DNA from: Schmidtea polychroa
Taxonomy: Eukaryota
Assembly: GCA_044892525.1 (NCBI GenBank)
Contig: CM097885.1
Span: 11,534,001-11,598,000 of the forward strand
Direction of reading: 5' to 3'
DNA: 64,000 nucleotides
Positions 47,660-57,254 of this stretch are shown piece after piece. The first letter of the stretch is position 1; each line of letters begins with the position of its first letter. Under the pieces are notes generated by a model that did no database searches, was not told the origin of the DNA, and saw nothing but the letters and a program-made list of their open reading frames with translations. The translations under genes and the position numbers were made by a program.

Positions 47660-48256
47660 ATGACAACTGAAGAATCTTTGCAAGAATTAATAAATTCAAA
47701 TAAAATTAAATCAGTAGTAATTGATGGTAAAAAATATTTTATTGGAAAACATGTAAAAGAACAAGTTAGAGCGAAGCTGAAGGGCTCTACGACTAAAGAA
47801 GGCGGCATTCTTCCATTAGCTGCTTTAATACCTGCAATCATTGCTGGTTTATCAGGTGCTGCTGGAATAGCTGGAGGAATTGCAACTACAGTTCAAAAAG
47901 CTAAAGAATCTCAAAAGACAGACCTAGAAAAAGAAAAACTACAAACTGAAATCGATTCAATGAAGAAGGTAGGGCAAGCTAAGGGAAAAGGCCTCTATCT
48001 TAATCCATGTGAGGGGACTCTGTCTGAAGGTCAAAAGTCTCAGGGGACTCTGTCCAAGGGAAAGGGTCTCTATCTTGATCCTTATAAAGGTAGAGGTTTA
48101 AATGATTTTTTAAAAAATCAAATTTCTACATCTGAATCTTTATCTTCAAAAGATAAAGATGATTTAAAAAAAATATGTAAATCTTTAAAGAATGGATGCC
48201 TTTGTAAAACTAAAAATGGTAAAGGTTTATACTTGAAGCCCTTCGAACCCCATTGA
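47660..48256 (+). CDS. Putative virion core/membrane-active protein, adenovirus pX-like, with GKGLYL repeats
   Basis: GGILPLAALIPAIIAGLSGAAGIA hydrophobic segment; three GKGLYL and one GRGL. Confidence 0.65.
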   Translation: MTTEESLQELINSNKIKSVVIDGKKYFIGKHVKEQVRAKLKGSTTKEGGILPLAALIPAIIAGLSGAAGIAGGIATTVQKAKESQKTDLEKEKLQTEIDSMKKVGQAKGKGLYLNPCEGTLSEGQKSQGTLSKGKGLYLDPYKGRGLNDFLKNQISTSESLSSKDKDDLKKICKSLKNGCLCKTKNGKGLYLKPFEPH

Positions 48257-48278
48257 TACCATTTTTAATACCATAAAA

Positions 48279-49160
48279 ATGGTATATGAAGAAAGATTAG
48301 AACTTTTAAAAAAATTACAATCTGAACAAGATAAATATAATAAAAAGGATACAACTCAACATGCTGAATCTATAATATTAAATGAGGTAATAACACAACA
48401 ACAGGGGCCAACAATTAAAGCTATAAAAGAGTTGGAAGATTTCAATGAGCAAGCAAAATTTAAAGAGTTAGAAGATAAAAAACAAAAAATAAAAGAACTA
48501 GAGTGGCAGGATAAAGAAAAAGAATCCAGTGAAAACCATCCTGAAAGTCATTCTGAAAGAAATCAAAGAAAACGCAGAAGAATTTCTAATGTGGAAGAAG
48601 AAGAAATGTTTTTAAAAACAAAACCTCTTAAAGTTGATCCTAAAATTAGAGATGATTTACCTCCTTCAATTAGACCCACATTTAATACTAATACTGAAGG
48701 ATATCAAATAATAACAATTAATAAACAAAACTTTACTTTATATTCAAATTCAGAAAATAAATCACGTATTCATTCACAAAATGTTTATAATAATGAATAT
48801 TTAGACTTTGAATTTACAGATGATTTTTATAGATTACTTTGTGGATATTCTTCAGATGATGTTGAAGAAATTAAAAAATATTTAAATTTAATAAGATTAA
48901 TAAGAGCTAGTTCTAAAGCAAAACACATTCAAGATTTAAAGAATTATTTAAATAAAAATGAAAAGGGTTATGTTGTTACAGAGGGTGAGGGATTGGTTGA
49001 ACCAAACCCAATCAATCTTTTTATTGAATTAAGAAAACTATTATCTGCAAGGAAAGCAGGACATAATAATTTAGATTCTGATATTTTAAAGATTTCTAAA
49101 GATTTGTTAAAACAAGGAATAATTTCAAAAGATAAATTTAATAAATATACGAAGTTATAA
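48279..49160 (+). CDS. Polinton protein of unknown function, 293 aa
   Basis: Intact ORF in the structural cluster; C-terminal GEGL...LL.A.KAGHNN...I...LL..G.I motif of the kind seen in Polinton conserved ORFs. Confidence 0.65.
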   Translation: MVYEERLELLKKLQSEQDKYNKKDTTQHAESIILNEVITQQQGPTIKAIKELEDFNEQAKFKELEDKKQKIKELEWQDKEKESSENHPESHSERNQRKRRRISNVEEEEMFLKTKPLKVDPKIRDDLPPSIRPTFNTNTEGYQIITINKQNFTLYSNSENKSRIHSQNVYNNEYLDFEFTDDFYRLLCGYSSDDVEEIKKYLNLIRLIRASSKAKHIQDLKNYLNKNEKGYVVTEGEGLVEPNPINLFIELRKLLSARKAGHNNLDSDILKISKDLLKQGIISKDKFNKYTKL

Positions 49161-49168
49161 AATACAAA

Positions 49169-49588
49169 ATGACTTGTCCTTCAATATTAGATTTTTTAAA
49201 AACATTTGGAATAAATGCAAAAACAAATTTTGATTTAAAAGATTATGCAAATTATTTAAATTTAAAAATAAAAATATTAATGAATGATGAATTGTCGAGT
49301 CTGAAAGAGAATAATATAATAATAAATTATCAAAATTCAAATGAAAAAGGATCTCATTGGGTTTGTATATATAATAAATCTATATACTTTGATTCTTTTG
49401 GGATTAAACCCACTAAAGAAGTTGAAGACTATCTCTCGGACTACACTTTTAATTCTTTACAAGTTCAACCTAATAATACTAAAATATGTGGTATTTTAAG
49501 CTTATATGTTTTGTATAGATTGAATAATGGAGAAGGTTTCACTTCCTTAATCCAAGAAATTTATAATGATTTAAAATCTCTATTATGA
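49169..49588 (+). CDS. Adenain-like cysteine maturation protease
   Basis: IIN...GSHWVC, YFDSFG, QVQ.....CG (H-D-Q-C). Confidence 0.9.
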   Translation: MTCPSILDFLKTFGINAKTNFDLKDYANYLNLKIKILMNDELSSLKENNIIINYQNSNEKGSHWVCIYNKSIYFDSFGIKPTKEVEDYLSDYTFNSLQVQPNNTKICGILSLYVLYRLNNGEGFTSLIQEIYNDLKSLL

Positions 49589-50346
49589 AAATGGAGCTTC
49601 GCAACCTTCTGGAAGATAATTTAAAAAAAATGGTAAACATAATGTCAGATAAATATTCAAGAACTTTATCTATAAATTCAAAAGAATCAGACTTTACTAT
49701 AAACTTTCAAGATTCAATAAAATTAGATCAAGATTTAAATTATGAATTAGGTCTATTATGGTTTTGTGCTTATAATACTATTTTTAATATAACTAAAGAT
49801 AATAACATATTTTATTATATAAGCCCAAAATCTACAGATAAGATTATAATAACAATCGAACCTGGGGCTTATGAGATAAAAGATTTAAATAATATACTTT
49901 CTAAAAGAACAAATGGAGCCATTAAAATTAAAATGGATTTACCAACTTCAAAATGTATAATGACTTTAGAGAATATAGGAATTCATTTTCAAAATAATAG
50001 TTTCTTTAGAACAATTTTAGGATTTACACGAAACCATTATATCACACCTGAAGTTACATCAGAAAATATTATAAAAATAATAAATACAAACACAATAAAT
50101 ATTCATTGTGATTGTATAACAGGTTCTTATAATAATGGTAAACAAATAAATGTTTTATATTCCTTTCCCTCAAACACAGTTCCTATGGGATATAAAATAG
50201 TTGAAAGAATGAATCCTCCAAATTATTTGCCTTTATGTAGAAAATATATAATGGATATTAATTTTAAAATTCTTAACCAAGAAGGAGAATTGATTGATTT
50301 TAATGGAGAAGAGATTTCAATGTATTTACATCTGAAACAGGTTTGA
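49585..50346 (+). CDS. Minor capsid (penton-like, single jelly-roll) protein
   Basis: F...IKLD...YELGL, YNTIFNI..NN.F, INIHCDCI.GSY.NG....LYSF, GYKIVE...YLP, NQ.G.LIDFNGE...LHLK. Confidence 0.88.
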   Translation: MKMELRNLLEDNLKKMVNIMSDKYSRTLSINSKESDFTINFQDSIKLDQDLNYELGLLWFCAYNTIFNITKDNNIFYYISPKSTDKIIITIEPGAYEIKDLNNILSKRTNGAIKIKMDLPTSKCIMTLENIGIHFQNNSFFRTILGFTRNHYITPEVTSENIIKIINTNTINIHCDCITGSYNNGKQINVLYSFPSNTVPMGYKIVERMNPPNYLPLCRKYIMDINFKILNQEGELIDFNGEEISMYLHLKQV

Positions 50347-50370
50347 AGATTCATTTTAAATTATTAATAA

Positions 50371-51369
50371 ATGAGTTCTTATATTCCTTGTAATAGAGGT
50401 GGTGGAACAATAAAAACAGGGTTTAATACAGAAGAAATATTAACTTTAACAGAAAATAAATATATTAATGAAAGAGGTGATTCAATGAAAGGAGATTTAA
50501 ATTTAAATGGACACAAGATAAAAGATTTATCTTTACCAACTGATGAAGCTGATGCAGTTAATAAAAAATATGTTGATGGTGTTAAAAATTATACTGATTT
50601 AACAACAACAAGAATTGAAAGTTCATTAACAACAAAAATTGATTCAATGGAATCAAAGCTTAATAATATCGAACAACGATTTAATGATAAATTTGACAAG
50701 TTACAAAGTCTGTTAACTGAACAAGTTGTAAAGTTAAATACTAGCATATTAAATTCTAAAGATAAACAAATTATGAATACTAAATTTAATACAATATATA
50801 ATATAATAAATGAGATGATTACATCATTTAATAAAAGACTTGTCAAATTAGAATCTCATACAACACACATTAACACAACACACACTATTAGAAAAAGAGC
50901 TGCTGAATTAGAACAGAATAAAACATTATTACCCCATACATATAAACATTTTATAGAACCAACTTTAATAACAACAAATAGTAAAGAATGGAGTGTTTTT
51001 ATGGTTGTAAAGATTATTGATCCTTATTTCTTTTTATTTGATGATGATGGTGAAAGAATGAAATGGTTTGTGAAATGTGATTATAATAATAAGCTTGAAA
51101 AGGTTGATGTTATAATGACTAGTTATGATTTACCACACGGAGATTGGTATGTTAATACTCATTCACATGGACTACATAAAGTTAAAAGTAAGAATATTAT
51201 TTTTAAAAGCACACTTGTGGATTATATAGATTTAATATTTTATGAAAAGAAGGTTGATGTTGATGAAGTTTGTAAAGCATTGATGGAATTGTATAAAGAT
51301 ATTCTCTCAACAAGAGTTTCTTTTGATATCCGAGTATTGGTACCAGATAATAAAGTCTTATTTTTTTAA
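50371..51369 (+). CDS. Putative fibre/spike protein
   Basis: GDSMKGDLNLNGHKIKDL..PTDEADAVNKKYVD fibre-stalk motif, coiled coil, globular C-terminus; directly after the penton. Confidence 0.65.
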   Translation: MSSYIPCNRGGGTIKTGFNTEEILTLTENKYINERGDSMKGDLNLNGHKIKDLSLPTDEADAVNKKYVDGVKNYTDLTTTRIESSLTTKIDSMESKLNNIEQRFNDKFDKLQSLLTEQVVKLNTSILNSKDKQIMNTKFNTIYNIINEMITSFNKRLVKLESHTTHINTTHTIRKRAAELEQNKTLLPHTYKHFIEPTLITTNSKEWSVFMVVKIIDPYFFLFDDDGERMKWFVKCDYNNKLEKVDVIMTSYDLPHGDWYVNTHSHGLHKVKSKNIIFKSTLVDYIDLIFYEKKVDVDEVCKALMELYKDILSTRVSFDIRVLVPDNKVLFF

Positions 51370-51377
51370 TTATTAAA

Positions 51378-51989
51378 ATGGAAGAATTAAGAGAAGAAAA
51401 ATTTTATCCAGAATTGAGATCATCAGGATATTATTCCGAAGGTCACAAAGGTTCCAAGGCTCCCATAGCTCCCACAGAACTTGAAATTATGAGAGTAAAA
51501 GAATTTAAGTCAGAAACCTTACATTTACAAGATTTATTAAAGCATTATAAAAAAATTAAAAATAGATGGAATAAAGGGAATACAGTTTTAAAAGTTATAG
51601 GTTATTCTTTAGGATTTGCATCTGCAATATTAACAGTTATTTTACCTATAACTTTACCAGTTTTAACACTTGCGCCAGTAATACTTGGAAGTATTTCTGT
51701 AGCTGATGGTTTCTTAACTGAAATAGTTTCATTATCTTATACTTCAAAAAAGAAAAGTTTATATCGTGAAGTTTGTTTATCAATAGAATTAGGAATCTCT
51801 AAATTATTTTTATTTCAATTAAAAGCTTTGGAAGATGGAATCTTAACTGATGATGAAATAATGAAATCAAATCAAATAATACAAGATATTAAAAATAATA
51901 TTAATAGATTAAAAAGCGCTAATGTTATAACTAATGAATATTCTAAAAAAATTAAACGAGAGAAATGGTTAAAGAATTCTTATTTATAA
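51378..51989 (+). CDS. Polinton membrane-associated protein, 203 aa
   Basis: YPEL/P.AP N-terminus, basic helix, then hydrophobic hairpin VIGYSLGFASAILTVILPITLPVLTLAPVILG. Confidence 0.6.
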   Translation: MEELREEKFYPELRSSGYYSEGHKGSKAPIAPTELEIMRVKEFKSETLHLQDLLKHYKKIKNRWNKGNTVLKVIGYSLGFASAILTVILPITLPVLTLAPVILGSISVADGFLTEIVSLSYTSKKKSLYREVCLSIELGISKLFLFQLKALEDGILTDDEIMKSNQIIQDIKNNINRLKSANVITNEYSKKIKREKWLKNSYL

Positions 51990-52067
51990 AATGGATGTAT
52001 TTTTAAAAAAGTAGATCAGGTTGCTATAGTTGCTTAAATTAATTGTCGACATTTTATTATTAAAAAA

Positions 52068-55000
52068 TTAAATATCGTTGAAAGCCAACCTATGAATCAT
52101 TAATTTATGATCTTTAAATTCTTTATCACTTAGACCTTTTATATATTCAGGATCAGTATTAAAATATTTAAGTTCTAAACATATAGGATTAAAAACTTGA
52201 GAATATAAAGGCTTCTCGATTTCTCTCTCGGGATAAATGATTTCAACATTATAAATATCAAGATCAGTAATTTTTGTATCATATAACTTATTCAACTTTT
52301 CTAGATTTTTTATTATCGGTATTAAATTATTTCCTATAGGAAGAGTTGTCTTTAAATCACTTAGTATGAATCTTTTATCATCATAATTTGATAATGATAC
52401 TTTTTGGGATTCTATCAAGTAAATATCATGGTTTTCACTTTTAAGTTGATGTATTTCATCAATTTTATCTTTATGATTTGGATTCAATGTATCTATATAA
52501 TCTTGATGAGAAAGATTCTTTGCAACGGATTTCTGTATTCCTTTACATCTGTTATCCTTTACAGGTTTTTCATCTTGTCCCTCTGGTCCTTTAGGGAATA
52601 TAGGATATTTATATGAAATAATTTCCTCTTTTTCTGGGGTTTTAAATATAATTTCTCGGGTTATAAATTCAGGGTTTTTAAATGTTTCGTATGAATATTG
52701 TTTAGCACGAATAAATATTCCATTTTCTATAGGAGTAAAAGGTTTTTCATCTTTAAATGAAAATAATTCTCCAGTTGAATTTATTAAATTTGAAAGTATA
52801 GGATTTTCAGCTATATCTCTTTGTAAATCATGAGTTCTTATTGTTAAAAACATTGAATCTGTATCCATTGCATGCATTGATATATTAGAACCATATATAG
52901 GTTGTAAGATGTTATAATATGTTTCATACATTTGTAATTTTGAAAGTTCTAAAATTGAAAACCCTATAAATATTGGTTTGTTGTATGTTTTCTCAAAATT
53001 CTTTAGTTCTATTGCAGTAAGACTTTCAGAAAATACTTGTGCGTTTTTAAATGTAGGCTTTCCTAGCATACGATTATAACGCTTAATATCTTTGGCAGTA
53101 TTAGTTAGGAGTTCAATATGAGTATATTTATCAACATTCTCCATTGTCTTCCCAAAGACTGAATTGTTTAAAAGTTTATAATTATTATCTTTAAAAAGGT
53201 TACCTTCTCTTTTTGCAATGTTTCGACATCTAATGTTCTCCTCGATAAAAGCTTTCATGAATGGCCTCTGTTTAAATCTTATGACACTATGAACTTTTTT
53301 TAATATCATACCTCGTGAAAGATAAAATTGGAGGAGTCTATAGTGACAAAGATAAAACCTTCGATCTGTTTGATCACAAAGAAGTTTCATTGTTGGGGGT
53401 TTATCTTGTGAGATTTGCCATTCAAAAAGTTCGTTGATATCAATCTTTCTTCTTACAGGAGCTAATGGGAAATATCTTGTTCCTGATTTTATATCATCTG
53501 GATATAATAAGTCACATTCTACAAAGTAACCTATTGGAGAATCTTTAGGTGTTGAAAGTATTTCTTTTATAAGTTCTTTTGATGATTCTATTTCAATGAA
53601 ATCACCCATTGGTAAATATTGAGTCATAATTCCTGAATATAAAGCTGTTGCATCTATATAAAGTATAAATATAGGATTTTTCATTGTTTCTAATATTTCT
53701 TTTAATTCCTCATTGTTAATTTTTATATATGGATCAGAGGTCTTTGAAAGCATTCTGCTAGTAGTTATTGCATTTCTAGCTTTTATTTCTCTATTCCCCA
53801 TTACTGAAGAGACTCCTCCTCTAATGTTTGTTTTAATTAGATTAAACATATCGAGGTTAGTTAAAAGATCTATAATTTTATCAGCTTCTTCTATATTTGA
53901 AGTCCAAATGGTATATAATAAAGTATCCCAAGCTAAAGAGGGTGCTGTTATATAATTGTAAGGTTTAAGAACAAAAGATTTTGTAAATTCTTCAAAGCAA
54001 TCTGCTAGAATATAAACATCCAAGGATAAATACATACTTGTATATTCTCCTAAAGTTTTACACTTGAATAATTCCCACATTTTATTTGCTCGAGAATATT
54101 CTTGATCTGTAATATGATATTTTTGAAGTTGTGAATAGAAATCTTCTTGGCTAGGAAGACTTGTTTCATTATATCTCTCAAACGAGTCAACATAGTCATA
54201 AGGATATATTCCTTTTGCTAAACATGTAGGATATTCTTCTAGAGGAATATTATTTTTTTCCAAGAATTCTCGAGTGATTTTAAAATCTTCTGGTTTCATT
54301 GTTTTTGCTATTCCATCTAGAGACATTTGAAGAAAGTTTAACGAGTCTATACATTTTAATTTTCCATATTCAACTGATTTATATTTTTCCTTTGTAAGTC
54401 CTATAACTTTGAAAGAGTTTTAGCATTTGCTGCTAAATGTTTAATAAATAGATGTATGTCATAACCAAAAAGATTATGAAATATAACAGGTACAAATTTA
54501 GGAGTATGACAATTAAGATTACAATTTTTATGAGCTGCTCCTCGATAATTATTTTCCTTTTTTAAATGATCATGATCGAGGACTTTTATATTCGGAGACT
54601 CTTCAAATGGTTGTTTACACATCCAACAGTTGGAAGTGTTTTCATATTCTTGTTGTTGTTGATTAGAAATATTTTGAGGATAGTTTGTTTTTAATACTTT
54701 AAATATTTCATGTTCTAGATCATTTATACTTTTAGTAAAATGATTCAAGACTTCTGTTTCTGAAATTCCTCGAAATGTATATTCTCTAGATTCTATGAGT
54801 TCAGGATAATTACTTTTAAATAATAATTTATAAGCAGATGGTAATTGTTTAGTTTTTTTAACACTATTAGGTTTATTCCTTTTTCTTAGAAAGGCTTTCA
54901 TCCTCTCTGGTTTCATCTTCTCTCCTGAGGAGTTCCAGGAATCCATGAGTTTATTTTTTTCTATTATTTTTAAATATTGTTTAACCAAATCTTGTTTACG

Positions 55001-56146
55001 ATTTATAGATTCAAAGTCCCCATAAAGCACTCCTACTGTTTGTAGTAAATTTGAAAAGTTTTTAAAATACATCTTGGAATTATTAGGCATTTTAATTAAA
55101 GCTGGATCATCTTTTTCACAAAATCTTGTATGTTTCCCTTTAACACGTTCATAAATATTAATTTTAAGATTATTTAAACTTTCAAATTTTGGAATGTTTT
55201 CTAGTTTCATTGGATGTTTGAATCCTTTGGGAAATATTAATTCATTTTCATATTGTTTGTATTTTGAAACTCTCTGAGGGTTTGATTCTTGAGGGTGTAA
55301 ATGTGCAAGTATTGACCAGACGAAACATTTGTTATCATTATTCTGTATGTTTATAACATTTTTAGATTTAAAGGGTGTAGGAATATAAGATTTAGGATTA
55401 GGTGGTAATCCTCTCCAATAATCAATCACTAAAGTTTGGAAAGAGTTGAATACTAAGTTTGAATCTCCTAATTCATTTTCAACCTCTTCTTGTTTTGCTT
55501 CTACTGCTTGAATTATTTCTTTGATGGTTTTATCAAATCCTTTAGTTGAAAATAAATATTTAAAGGGTATTCCAATTTCAACATCTAAAGGTGTTGTCTT
55601 TTCTTCTGCTCCTCGCCAGTATTTTGCTTTGATTATAATTTTATATTTTTTAACATTATACCTTGTCGGTTTATAATTTTTTAAAGCTTCAGTGAAAGAA
55701 TTTTTAATATTTTTTTTATTTTTATTTATATATTCTCCAGGAGTTATAGGTCCATTGATTTCTAATTGAAATTCATCTACATGATTAAAATCATCCCAGT
55801 TATATTTTTCTCTTTCAACATGATCAGGTTCTCCTTCTGAATGACATTTCTAATCGTCAGAATTTTGTTTTTTATTTTTACATTCTTTTATATGTTCTAA
55901 ATAATAGAAATTTACTTTTGTTGAAAAGTTACAGTGAGAACATGTAAATATTTCTCTATTTTTCCCGATACAATTTTCAAAATGTTTATTATATCCAGAA
56001 TGTAGAAATCTTCCTTTACATTTAGGACAAACTTTTGAATTTGTATCATTAAGATTGTTGTCTTTTAATAAATGAGCTTTCGATTTTAAGTGAGAAATTA
56101 ATCCTGTTTTATTTTTAAAACCTTTATTACAAATATTACAATTCAT
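52068..56146 (-). pseudogene. polB: Protein-primed family B DNA polymerase with N-terminal Zn fingers; TAG at 55850, frameshifts near 55645 and 54410
   Basis: DFES, HNLFGYD, D..ALY, KLLNNSVFGKTMEN, DTDS; DHDH...YRGAAH..CNL; frames stay open across the gaps (KCHSEGEP..., FKVIGLTKEKYKS...IDSLNFLQMSLD). Confidence 0.95.
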
Positions 56147-56224
56147 TTTTAGAAAAAAACTTTTTATTGGATATCCTGTTTTGATTTTTTATGTTTTTAT
56201 ATTTATTTTCATAATATGACAGTA

Positions 56225-57131
56225 TAAAAAATAACAAAAATCCAAACCTAGATAGCGCAGTGGGCTAGACCGGCACCGTGGTTCAAATGGATAGCGGTTC
56301 AAATCCTAACTGTGGTTAGTTTTTTTTTTTTTTAAAAATTTGAAAATAATAGTGTAGGTATCTTAGATTTATATTTTATTTTATTTATTTTTATTTTATT
56401 TTATTTTATTTTATTTTATTTTATTTTATTTATTTTATTTATATTATTTATTTTATTTATTTTATTTATTTTATTAATTATTTTATTTTTAAACATAAAT
56501 ATGAAAAAAAAATTATTGAAACGGGTGATGGTGGCGAACCGGTAATTATCGCCACCTGTCTTTCGAACACCCCCGGGTCGATTCTTTAATGTGCACATTT
56601 ATTTCTCAGTTGTTTTCGGACCTCTTTCGAATTCATTTGTACTTTCGAGCAGCACGCTTAAAACGCCGATGAAATCGTATTCGAGCGAGAAGCGAATAAT
56701 AAGGTGTGCTGCTATTATCGGATTGATTCTGATGTATGAGTCTGGCCAGCTTGTATATTAGAAGAGATTTGATAAACGAAAGAGGTTGAAATGATCCGGA
56801 TCAAAAAAACTATTGAGGGGACAGTGAAAAAAAAAAATACCACTGTCCCCTCAGAGCAGTTTTACTATTTTTCATTTATTTTTTAATTTATATAATTTAA
56901 AATCAATAATCTGATAAAGATCAACTCCGGAGTTTGATTGCGATCAAAAGTAGTGTGTATATAGCCCTATCCCAAATAGCCCTCTAACTTTTTCATAATG
57001 CCATTTTCTTTTCTATTCTCTTTTTAGTTTGAAGCTTTTGAGTTTGAGGCTTTAAAGATTAAGGGTGGTTGTTGTTTAAAATATGGGGTTAAAATACTAT
57101 AAAAACATAGGTTTTATGTTGTTTCTCTAAT
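56225..57131. repeat. Polinton right TIR, outer end truncated
   Basis: Reverse complement of the left TIR; match ends at ...GTTTCTCTAAT (57131). Confidence 0.93.
56245..56318 (+). ncRNA. tRNA-like Pol III cassette 4, mirror of cassette 1
   Basis: A box TAGCGCAGTGG (56253), B box GGTTCAAATCC (56296), followed by ~14 T. Confidence 0.62.
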
Positions 57132-57254
57132 ATAATATAATCAAAAAGTTTAGTTTTAATGTGTTATTAAAATAAAATAATTTCCAAATAAATATATAAA
57201 TAATATTCTGAGCAATGTTATTATTCAATTTCAACATACGACAAATATCTAAAC

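Larger units (their letters stand above)
42463..57131. mobile_element. Polinton/Maverick (adintovirus-like) endogenous virus, ~14.7 kb
   Basis: Long TIRs, AGTA terminus, and pPolB, integrase, ATPase, cysteine protease, major and minor capsid genes; outer ~67 bp of the right TIR missing, so no TSD can be verified. Confidence 0.96.

Noticed and set aside
56416..56598. 60 aa ORF in the TIR
   Set aside because: Non-ATG start, runs into the AAAAT microsatellite, no coding signal
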